From positions 1-64,000 of the forward strand of contig JBDHAC010000010.1 of assembly GCA_039588275.1 (NCBI GenBank): 64,000 bases of DNA. Reading direction: 5' to 3'. Positions 35,516 through 44,059 of this stretch are shown here, piece by piece (position 1 is the first letter of the stretch; each line of letters opens with the position of its first letter). Both the position numbers and the translations under genes were made by a program. The notes beneath the pieces are model-generated. The model searched no databases. It was given only the letters and a program-made list of their open reading frames with translations, and had not been told where the DNA came from. This DNA comes from Gemmatimonadota bacterium. Its GTDB lineage: Bacteria > Gemmatimonadota > Gemmatimonadetes > Palauibacterales > Palauibacteraceae.

Positions 35516-35555
35516 CACCTCCTGTCACGCCCGGTTGTTGGATGGAGTACCGCGT

Positions 35556-38291
35556 TTGATCCGACTTTCCTTACTGGGGCCGACCACTTGCCTGGACCCG
35601 TCCGGGGCCGACCTGGAGCGGGTGGTTCGATCCCCGAAACGGCTGGCGCTCCTCTCCTACCTCGCGGCGGCTTCCCCGCACGGCTTCCACCGACGTGACA
35701 CCCTCCTCGGCCTGTTCTGGCCGGAGTCCGACCAGAAGCGCGCCCGCGGTGCCTTGCGGCAGACCGTCCGACACCTGCGCAGCGACCTAGGCGATGTAGT
35801 GGTGAGTCGCGGGCAGGAGGAGTTGGGCTTGGACTGGGATCGCTTCTGGTGCGACGCCGTCGCCTTCGAGGAGGCGCTGGACGAGGGCCGGGTCCCGGAC
35901 GCGATCGAGCTCTATCAGCGCGACCTGCTCGACGGGTTTTACTTGTCGGGCACTCCCGAGTTCGAGCGCTGGCTGGACCGGGAGCGGCGCCGGCTCCAGC
36001 GCCGGGGGGCGGAAGCCGCCTGGGCGTTTGCCGGTCAATTGCAGGAGCCGAGCGAGGCAGCGCGCTGGGCACGGAGGGCTGCACGGTTTACTCCTCGCGG
36101 AGAGACTGCGGTTCGCCGGCTCATGCAGTTCCTGGACGCGCGTGGGGACGCGGTCGGTGCCCTGCGCGAGTACGAGCGCTTCCGCGTGCGTGTGCACGAA
36201 GAGCTGGGCGCGGGGCCCGGGTCGGAGACCGCAGCGCTGGCGACCGCGATCCGAGAAGGTACCAACGTCCCGACGAGCCAGCCGGCAAAGGTCGAGGGAG
36301 AGGCGCCGAAAGAGGGTCCGACGTCCCCCGAGCTCGATGACGAGGCGTCGGCGCAGGACACGAGTGCTACTCCGAGGCGTCGAGGGCTGGCGCTCCCGGT
36401 CAGCGTCGGCAGCACCGCTCCGATCGTCGCATCACGCGCGCTCACCGGAGAGACCGCGACCCTCGCGGACGGAATCCACTCCCTCACGCAGGAGATCGAA
36501 ATCCGACCGCATCGTCTTTCGGCCTTTGAAGGCGCCCTCATGGCCGTCGGTATCGGCGTCGCGCTGCTGGCGACTCTCGGCACCGCGCGCCTTATCAACG
36601 ATGTGGGTGATGGCATACGCTTCCGCGCGGCGATGAGGATCACCGACAGTGAGGGTCTCGAGATCCAGCCGGCCCTGTCCCCAAGCGGGGATCGGGTCGC
36701 GTACGTGACCGGGCAACTCAGCGCGACGCGCGTGGAGGTACGCCGAGTATCGGGCGGCCGTCCCGTTCGACTGACGAGTGAGCTTCGGGGCACACACCGC
36801 TCGCCGACGTGGTCTCCGGACGGAGAGCGGGTGGCCTTCATCACCCACGAGGTGAGCGGCGCCTCGACGTTGTACGCGGTGCCGGCCACGGGAGGAGCCC
36901 CCCGAGTCCTGTTGCGCGCCGAGCCCAGTCCCGCCGGGCTGTGGGGACTCAGCTGGTCACCGGATGGGAGGCGGATCGCACTCAAACGTGACCGGAGCCT
37001 TTACACGCTCGACACAGACACGGGCGAGCTGACACACCTCACCGACGCGTGGGCACCTCACTCGCTCGCCTGGTCACCCCGGGGTGACCGGATCGCGTTC
37101 GTGTCCGAGAACTCCGGGTACCCGTACGGCTCCAACATTGCGCCGAGCTCCGTCTGGGTCGTGCCGGCGATAGGGGGAGAAGCAAGACGCATCACGTCCG
37201 GGGGTGACTTGAACCAGAGTCCAGTCTGGTGGCCCGATGGGCGTCGACTCCTCTTCATCTCGGACCGTGACGGCACGCCCGACATCTACTCGCAAAGGCT
37301 CGACGATTCGTCCGAGCCGGCCGGTTCCCCGGTCCGGCTGACCTCGGGCCTCCAACCGCTGAGCTTCTCCCTGTCCGCCGATGGCTCGCGGCTCACCTAC
37401 TCGGTGCCAACGGTCGATGCAGATATATGGGTTCTCCCCATGCACGAGGGGAACGACGACCAAGTGCCCCCCCGCCTGGCGGACGCGACCCGGCTCCTCG
37501 ACACTCGCCAGGTCATCGAGACCGTCAGCCTGTCACCCGACGGGGCGTGGCTGGCGTACGACTCGAACGCCAGCGGGAACCAGGACATCTACAAGGTCAG
37601 CGTGGACGGCGGGGAGCCGATCCAGCTCACACGCGATCCGGCGGATGACTTCGCGCCCGAATGGTCACCGGACGGGAGCGAGCTCGTGTTCTACTCGTTC
37701 AGAAGCGGGAACCGCGACCTGTTCGTGACCGACGCCGACGGGCGGCGGGTGGAGCAGGTGACGACGAGCGACGGCTCCGACGCGTTCCCCAGCTGGTCAC
37801 CCGACGGCGACGCGATCGTGTACCAGCACAACCCCTCCGAGGCCCCTGGAGACTTCCAGACCCTTCGCCGGGTGGAACGAGACCGCCCCGGAGCCGATTG
37901 GAGCCCCCCGGTCCAACTCAACCGGACCTTAAGCGGGAGGCCGCGTTCGTCGCCGGACGGTCGCTGGATCGCATACTGGGGGCTCGGCAACCTATCGGTC
38001 CTATCGGTGACGACGGGCGAGGAGTCGGTGCTGCTACGGGGCGCGTCAGGCAGGGGCGCGCCTGTGTGGTCCGCGGACAGCGAATCGCTGCTCTTCGCCG
38101 CCAGGCTGGACGGTGTCTCCGCGATCTGGAGGATCCCGAGAACCGGGGGTCAGCCTCAGCCCGTAGCGGTGGATGGGGGTCCCGCATTCGTCCGGTTCTG
38201 GTTCGACACGGATGGGGAGGAGATCGTGTTCACCCGGCTCGAGTCCCAGGAGGCCGACATCTGGGTGGTCGAGTTGGAGGGCCACCCCTAG
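35556..38291 (+). CDS. Membrane-spanning SARP/BTAD regulator with PD40/TolB-like beta-propeller (copy 2)
   Basis: Paralog of 28758..31355 (LIRLSLLG..SPKRLALLSYLA..HRRDTLLGLFWPESDQ); TM ALMAVGIGVALLATLG; WSPDG repeats; TTG start after GGAG. Confidence 0.9.
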   Translation: MIRLSLLGPTTCLDPSGADLERVVRSPKRLALLSYLAAASPHGFHRRDTLLGLFWPESDQKRARGALRQTVRHLRSDLGDVVVSRGQEELGLDWDRFWCDAVAFEEALDEGRVPDAIELYQRDLLDGFYLSGTPEFERWLDRERRRLQRRGAEAAWAFAGQLQEPSEAARWARRAARFTPRGETAVRRLMQFLDARGDAVGALREYERFRVRVHEELGAGPGSETAALATAIREGTNVPTSQPAKVEGEAPKEGPTSPELDDEASAQDTSATPRRRGLALPVSVGSTAPIVASRALTGETATLADGIHSLTQEIEIRPHRLSAFEGALMAVGIGVALLATLGTARLINDVGDGIRFRAAMRITDSEGLEIQPALSPSGDRVAYVTGQLSATRVEVRRVSGGRPVRLTSELRGTHRSPTWSPDGERVAFITHEVSGASTLYAVPATGGAPRVLLRAEPSPAGLWGLSWSPDGRRIALKRDRSLYTLDTDTGELTHLTDAWAPHSLAWSPRGDRIAFVSENSGYPYGSNIAPSSVWVVPAIGGEARRITSGGDLNQSPVWWPDGRRLLFISDRDGTPDIYSQRLDDSSEPAGSPVRLTSGLQPLSFSLSADGSRLTYSVPTVDADIWVLPMHEGNDDQVPPRLADATRLLDTRQVIETVSLSPDGAWLAYDSNASGNQDIYKVSVDGGEPIQLTRDPADDFAPEWSPDGSELVFYSFRSGNRDLFVTDADGRRVEQVTTSDGSDAFPSWSPDGDAIVYQHNPSEAPGDFQTLRRVERDRPGADWSPPVQLNRTLSGRPRSSPDGRWIAYWGLGNLSVLSVTTGEESVLLRGASGRGAPVWSADSESLLFAARLDGVSAIWRIPRTGGQPQPVAVDGGPAFVRFWFDTDGEEIVFTRLESQEADIWVVELEGHP

Positions 38292-38492
38292 AGCGGTCTG
38301 CCGGTGGTGGGACGAGACCGGAGCCGGTTCTGGGTGCGGAAGACTCCTTGTCGCCCCGCCGAGGCCGACGACGCCCGCTTTCGCGTTTCCGCCGGTGGGA
38401 CGTTTCAGCGGAAACGTCACCCCTCGATCAACAGGCTCTCAACCCGTCGGTGGCGCCGTTTCCAGCATGACCGACGTGCTTGCGACACACAA

Positions 38493-38906
38493 CTACACCT
38501 TCAGCGCCGCGGCCGCTCGCTCGTAGTCTTCGGGCTTCACGTACAGGACGTAACCGTAGCTCCCGCTGTCGTCCGCCACCCCGCTCGAGGCGAACACGTT
38601 GACGTTGGCCTGATACAGACGCTCGTGGACCCTTGCCAGCGCCCCCAACTCGTCATCGCCCTGGACGAGCAGCGCCGGGTTCGGGCCATCCAGCTTCACG
38701 CCGGCGTTCTTGGCGGCCCTCTGAAGCTGTCCCGAGTCGTGGGGAAAGAGCGTGAGCTGTGCGCGCATCGGCCCGACCGGCACGGCAGTGAACGCTACGA
38801 GGTTGATCCCTTGATCGGCGAGCGCGGAAAGGAGCGAATACGCCGCACCCGGCTCATCTCGAACGGTGGTGTAGAAGTAGTCGACCCGTCTGATCGTGTA
38901 GGCCAT
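38493..38906 (-). CDS. Tandem ACT-domain protein
   Basis: VRDEPGAAYSLLSALADQGINL and GDDELGALARVHERLYQANVNV; start MAYTIRRV after GGGGAG. Confidence 0.8.
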   Translation of the reverse strand: MAYTIRRVDYFYTTVRDEPGAAYSLLSALADQGINLVAFTAVPVGPMRAQLTLFPHDSGQLQRAAKNAGVKLDGPNPALLVQGDDELGALARVHERLYQANVNVFASSGVADDSGSYGYVLYVKPEDYERAAAALKV

Positions 38907-39161
38907 CGTCGACTCCCCGCCGGTCGCCATTGAAACCTGAGTCACCCGCCGCCCACGCACGTCTTCCCCGCCCCAATCAACCGAATCAAACTCCGGGTGG
39001 CAAGCACCCGTAGAGCCTCGATGAGCGACCCGGGTGAGCACGCTTCGCTTGCGTCTGGATCCAGCCGGGTATCGGTTCACAAGCTTTGGATGGACCTGAG
39101 GCGCTCACTACGACGCTGACGGCTCGAGACTCTCCACGGAGATCAGATGCGGGAAGGCTAC

Positions 39162-40742
39162 ATGACGGAATCCCACTCGAAAGAAGGCCCGTCCTCGCGA
39201 TCGACCGGGACGCTCCCACTCCTCGCGATTCCGCTCCTACTCTCGGCGCCCGGCGCGCTGATGGCGCAGACCCCGGAGCCCGAGCCAGGTACGGAAGCGG
39301 AGTCGCACGCACCGGGGACACTCCTGGTCTCGTCGGTCGAGATTCCGCGCGAGGAAGGCGGTGTGTACGAGGCCGAGCGGGGTGTGCTGTACGTTCCGGC
39401 CAATCGGTCGACGCCCGGCACGGGGGTGTTCGCTCTGGAGTTCCACCGCTTCCCCGCCTCGAGCGAAGCGGACCCCGCCACGCCCCCGATCTTCCAGCTG
39501 AACGGCGGGCCGGGGTGGCCCGGCTTCGGCGACCGGCTCGAGCGCTCCGGTTTCTTCGAAGAGAACATCGAGCCCCGCATCCGGCTGGCGGATGTGGTCG
39601 TCGTCGGCCAGCGCGGGATCGGCTCGTCCGGTCCCGATACCGCATGCGAGGCGGCGGAGCCGCTGGGCGCCGAGGTGGAGCCCACTCTCGAGGCGCGCGC
39701 CACGCAGATGTTTCTGGCCACCCAACGGTGCCGCGCGAAGTGGGAGGCCGAGGGCGTGGACCTCAGCGGGCTCACCGTGATCGAGGCGGCCGCGGATGTG
39801 AACGATGTCCGCGAAGCCCTCGGCTACGACAAGATCCAGGTGCACGGCGGGAGCTTCGGGTCGCACTGGGGCATGACCGTGCTGCGCTACTACCCCGAGA
39901 TCGTCGAGCGCGCGGTCCTGAACGGCATGGAGGGCCCCGACCACACGTACGACATGCCCGGTTGGGTCCTCAAGGCTCTGGAGCGTACGGCGGCTGACGC
40001 GGAGGCGTCCGGCGCCCTGGGCGACCGGGTTCCCGAGGGCGGCCTCATCGCCGCCTTCCGCGAGCTGATCGAGCGCGCCGACTCCGAACCCATCGCAGTT
40101 CGTATCAAGCGGCCCGGGTCGCGGGATTCGGTCGACGTGATCCTCACGGGTGACGATTTCCGAGCGCTGTGGGGTGGCTTTACGCCGAGCCTGCGTGGGC
40201 ATCGCATGGCCGGCTGGCCGGCGGACATCATCCGGCTGTACGAGGGAGATCTTCGGGTGCCCGCCAACCGTCGCCTCGCGGCGCGGACCCGCGCTCCCGG
40301 GGTCCCCACGGCCGCGTTCTTCATGTTGGATTGCAGCTCTGGAATCAGCCCCGCCCGAGCGGCTCGGATGCTCGAGGATCCGGGCGCCGAGGTCGTAGGC
40401 GCCCTGGGCTGGTTCTATCAGGTGACGTGTCCCGCGTGGGACGCGGATTTGGGTGAGGAGTTCCGGGAGAACTTCGACACCGACATCCCGACCGTCATCG
40501 TCCACGGCAACTGGGATGTCTCGACGCCGCTCGAGAACGCGCTCGAGCTCGTCCCCCACTTCAAGGTGAGCCGCTTCGTGCTGGTGGACCGTGGGACGCA
40601 CGGGGCGCTCCGCGAAGCCCTCGATGCTTCGGATGAGTTCCGTCTGGCACTCGAACGGTTCGTGACGACGGGCGACATGTTGGCCCTGCCCGAGAAGGTG
40701 GTGCTCCCACCCCTTGAGTGGAGACAGCCACCCGAGCGCTAA
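39162..40742 (+). CDS. Secreted alpha/beta hydrolase (TAP/tripeptidyl-peptidase-like)
   Basis: Signal peptide; LNGGPG, GQRGIGSS, HGGSFGS, VHGNWDVSTP and RGTHG. Confidence 0.85.
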   Translation: MTESHSKEGPSSRSTGTLPLLAIPLLLSAPGALMAQTPEPEPGTEAESHAPGTLLVSSVEIPREEGGVYEAERGVLYVPANRSTPGTGVFALEFHRFPASSEADPATPPIFQLNGGPGWPGFGDRLERSGFFEENIEPRIRLADVVVVGQRGIGSSGPDTACEAAEPLGAEVEPTLEARATQMFLATQRCRAKWEAEGVDLSGLTVIEAAADVNDVREALGYDKIQVHGGSFGSHWGMTVLRYYPEIVERAVLNGMEGPDHTYDMPGWVLKALERTAADAEASGALGDRVPEGGLIAAFRELIERADSEPIAVRIKRPGSRDSVDVILTGDDFRALWGGFTPSLRGHRMAGWPADIIRLYEGDLRVPANRRLAARTRAPGVPTAAFFMLDCSSGISPARAARMLEDPGAEVVGALGWFYQVTCPAWDADLGEEFRENFDTDIPTVIVHGNWDVSTPLENALELVPHFKVSRFVLVDRGTHGALREALDASDEFRLALERFVTTGDMLALPEKVVLPPLEWRQPPER

Positions 40743-40793
40743 GCGGCCGGCCGGAGGAGCGGTAGGCGACCGGTGGAGAGATGAGCGGCCGCT

Positions 40794-41234
40794 TCAGCCT
40801 TTCTTCTTCAGCCTTACTGCGGTCAGCACGCCAACCGCGCCGATTAGCGGGTTCAACAACGCCAGCCACGTAGGCTGCTGCGCGCTCTGCATCGCCTCGA
40901 ACATGGCCACGTCGGCCGCTCGAGGCCCGGGGTCTTCAATGCCTCCGGTCAGTTGCGGGAGCGCGAACACGATCCCCAGGACAATCACGACCAACGCGAG
41001 TATGTGGGCCGCCCTCTTCTCTCGGGCAACCGCGAGACAGACCAACCCTCCCAAGACCGCGGCGATGAATCCGAGGACGATGCTGACGACGATCCACAGG
41101 GACGAGATGTCGTACGACCCCGGCTGAAACGAGCCTTCGGTCCCCAGCGCGAGGAAGGCGAGCGAGAAGGTTCCGAAGACCACGACGACCATCACCAGGT
41201 AACCCAGGATCACGCTACCGATCGTCTTACCCAT
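40794..41234 (-). CDS. Hypothetical 4-TM membrane protein
   Basis: Four hydrophobic segments from MGKTIGSVILGYLVM; AGGAG SD. Confidence 0.75.
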   Translation of the reverse strand: MGKTIGSVILGYLVMVVVVFGTFSLAFLALGTEGSFQPGSYDISSLWIVVSIVLGFIAAVLGGLVCLAVAREKRAAHILALVVIVLGIVFALPQLTGGIEDPGPRAADVAMFEAMQSAQQPTWLALLNPLIGAVGVLTAVRLKKKG

Positions 41235-41441
41235 GACCTGCGCTCCTTGCCGAGGAAACGGGAACCGGTTGAGCCACGGAACGCCGCTCGCGGGACAACG
41301 ATGCACGCCGATCATTCGACGCGCCATGGCTCCGCCCGTGATAATGTCATCTCTCTGCCATCAGCCTGCCTCGCGGTAATCCGTCCAAGGGGGCTACTGA
41401 GAGATGCGGGATCCATCGAGAGAGCAATCACGGGAGGACCC

Positions 41442-42011
41442 ATGAGCGAGGACATCCATTCGAGCGGCGCCCTGAGTCGTCACGATCTGGAGGCGCTGCG
41501 CTTCCCCATCGGGCGGTTCTCACCCCGGGACGACTTCACCGCCGATGACCGGGCGGCGTTATGGAACGAGATCGCCGCTGCGCCCACCGATCTGCGGGCG
41601 GCCGTGGACGGGCTCGAGGAGGCGCAACTCGACACCGCCTATCGCCCCGGAGGGTGGACGATCCGACAGGTCGTGCACCACGTTCCGGACAGCCACCTGA
41701 ACAGTTACATGCGGTTCAAGCTGACGGTGACGGAAGATGTCCCGACGATCCGAACGTACGACGAGGCGGCCTGGGGTGAGCTGGAGGACGCCCGCCACGC
41801 GCCCATCGACGTGTCGCTCGACCTGCTCGATGCGCTCCACGCCCGATGGGTGCCCTGGCTTCGCTCGCTCTCGGACGACGACTACCGTCGCCGGCTCGAC
41901 CACCCCGAGTGGGGCGAGATGAACCTCGACGTGCTCCTCCAACTGTATGCGTGGCACGGGGCGCATCACGTGGCCCACATCACATCGCTTCGTGAACGGA
42001 TGGTCTGGTGA
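41442..42011 (+). CDS. bstA: YfiT/BstA bacillithiol transferase (DinB superfamily)
   Basis: LRFPIGRF, QLDTAYRPGGWTIRQVVHHVPDSHLNSYMRFKL and LYAWHGAHHVAHI. Confidence 0.88.
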   Translation: MSEDIHSSGALSRHDLEALRFPIGRFSPRDDFTADDRAALWNEIAAAPTDLRAAVDGLEEAQLDTAYRPGGWTIRQVVHHVPDSHLNSYMRFKLTVTEDVPTIRTYDEAAWGELEDARHAPIDVSLDLLDALHARWVPWLRSLSDDDYRRRLDHPEWGEMNLDVLLQLYAWHGAHHVAHITSLRERMVW

Positions 42012-42018
42012 CTGAACC

Positions 42019-43773
42019 GTGGCTGAACGAATCGGGCCCGATCGTGTCGCCTCCGATCATGGCGTGGCTCCCGTGATCCCACCATCAGGCGACGGATCTC
42101 TCGGGGACCTGCGCCGTCTCCTCCAGAGCGTCGACGGCCAGGGGTACCGAGCCTACAAGCGGGCCAAAGGTGCATGGCGGGGGGATGACTTCACGCTCCA
42201 CATCGACCACGTGCAAGGAGATCCGTTCGCGACGCCCAGCAAGCTTCGGCTCTGCCTCTCTCCCGACGTTCACGGCATCCCTGACGAGGCCTGGTCGACC
42301 GCAGCACGCAGGATCGGGTCCTGCGACTTCTTGCTGCGGACTTTCAAGCGCGCGTGCGAGGCTCTCCCGCGTGTCGGTGGCTCCGGCAAATCGGGGCTGG
42401 TGCTCGTCAGCGTCGACAGCCCCATCGTGGTGGAGCGCGCCGGTTGCTCCATCGATGCGGAGGGACTCACGCTCCGTTTCAGAGTGGGTTTGCCCGCCGC
42501 CGGACGCCGCTGCCTCGGACGCTCGGCTGCCGACCTCCTCACGCAGCATCTTCCGCGCGCGTTCGAGACGGTGCGCTGGGGCCACGTCGATCAGGAGCTC
42601 GCGTGGAGCTGGATCCGGACCACGGAAGATCAGGACCATCTACAGGCGTGCCTCGCGGATCACGGCCTCGTCGCGTTCGTACGCGACGGGAGCATCCTCC
42701 CCCGAAAGAGCGGTGTGAGCAGCGACCCGCTCGCGGGAGCGCTGCCCTTCGAGGGTCCGCCCGAGCTGCGAGTCACCCTCGGCACTCTGCACCACGGCGA
42801 GGTCGAGGGAATGGGGATCCCTGCCGGGGTCACGGTCGTCACGGGGGGAGGCTTCCACGGCAAGACCACCCTGCTCGAGGCACTGCAGTTCGGGGTGTTC
42901 CCGCACGCTCCCGGAGACGGACGCGAGTGGACGGTGACGGTCGCGGACGCGGTCAAAGTCCGCAGCGAGGATGGCCGAGCCGTGTCGGGCGTAGATCTGC
43001 GGCCCTTCATCCACGATCTGCCCCTCGCCCGTGACACGGTGAGCTTCTCCACGGCGGACGCATCGGGGAGCACGAGCCTCGCGGCCGACATCATGGAAGC
43101 GCTGGAAGCGGGCACCTCGCTTTTGTTGATGGACGAGGACACGTGCGCCACAAACCTGATGGTCCGCGACGCCCGCATGCAGGAATTGGTCGAGCGTGAG
43201 ACGATCACCCCGCTGATCGACCGCGTGCAAGAGCTCCTCGAGCTGGGGGTGAGCACGATCCTCGTGACCGGTGGTGGGGGTGACTACCTAGACGTGGCGG
43301 ACACCGTGCTTCTCATGGAGGAGTACCGAGCGCGGCTCGTCACGGAGTCGGCCCGGCGAGTAGCGGCGCAGCACCCTACCGGCCGACGAATCGGAGAGCC
43401 CGACCACCCGCTCCGCGCGACTCACCGCATCCCTCGGCCGGAGAGCTTCGACCCACGTCGTCGGGATGGGAAGATTGCCATCAAGACTCGCGGCGCCGAC
43501 GCTATCCAGTTCGGGGGTGCTGAGCTGGAATTGGGCGCCGTGGAACAGCTCGCCGACTACGGTCAGACCCGAGCCATCGGCGCGCTACTCGCGGAGCTCC
43601 AATCACGGTGCGACGGCACCAAGCGGGTGGGCGAGCTCGTCCACGACGCCGTCCGGCGCGCCCGCGAGGAAGGCCTGATCGCGATCGAGCCCAGCCCCGA
43701 GTTGGCCATGCCCCGGCCACAGGAGCTGGCCAAGGCTCTCAATCGTCTCCGCTCCCTCCGAATCCTGCCCTAG
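42019..43773 (+). CDS. ABC_ATPase-domain (PF09818-like) protein
   Basis: DGQGYRAYK, DHVQGDPFATPS, GSILPRKSG, Walker A GGGFHGKTT, ASGSTS, Walker B LLLMDEDT and ALNRLR. Confidence 0.88.
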   Translation: MAERIGPDRVASDHGVAPVIPPSGDGSLGDLRRLLQSVDGQGYRAYKRAKGAWRGDDFTLHIDHVQGDPFATPSKLRLCLSPDVHGIPDEAWSTAARRIGSCDFLLRTFKRACEALPRVGGSGKSGLVLVSVDSPIVVERAGCSIDAEGLTLRFRVGLPAAGRRCLGRSAADLLTQHLPRAFETVRWGHVDQELAWSWIRTTEDQDHLQACLADHGLVAFVRDGSILPRKSGVSSDPLAGALPFEGPPELRVTLGTLHHGEVEGMGIPAGVTVVTGGGFHGKTTLLEALQFGVFPHAPGDGREWTVTVADAVKVRSEDGRAVSGVDLRPFIHDLPLARDTVSFSTADASGSTSLAADIMEALEAGTSLLLMDEDTCATNLMVRDARMQELVERETITPLIDRVQELLELGVSTILVTGGGGDYLDVADTVLLMEEYRARLVTESARRVAAQHPTGRRIGEPDHPLRATHRIPRPESFDPRRRDGKIAIKTRGADAIQFGGAELELGAVEQLADYGQTRAIGALLAELQSRCDGTKRVGELVHDAVRRAREEGLIAIEPSPELAMPRPQELAKALNRLRSLRILP

Positions 43774-44059
43774 CGCGAGCCACCGGGCTCCGGCCCCGCC
43801 AGCGTTCGGCCCCACCAGCATCCGGCCCGCGTCCGGCCCCCTCAAACCCGCATCCTGCCCCCCTGCGTGGCAACCTGAGCGACCACCGACGGCATGCCGT
43901 CCCGCATATCTCCATGTCGCGCGGTCAGTTGTAACACGGCCCCGAAACTTGCAGCAGGACCCCCCGCGCGCCGACCGGATCGGATGGGGAGGTCGAGGCC
44001 GCGGGAGGCCGGCCCACGGCGCGCGAGGACTCAGAGAGAATACGTAGAGCGGAGTTCGG

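Noticed and set aside
24171..38291. Duplicated module as a mobile element
   Set aside because: No transposase, integrase, terminal inverted repeats, target-site duplication or tRNA site seen.
40741..40795. Inverted repeat AAGCGGCCG...CGGCCGCTT between convergent genes
   Set aside because: Short GC stem with a large loop and no T-tract; could be chance.
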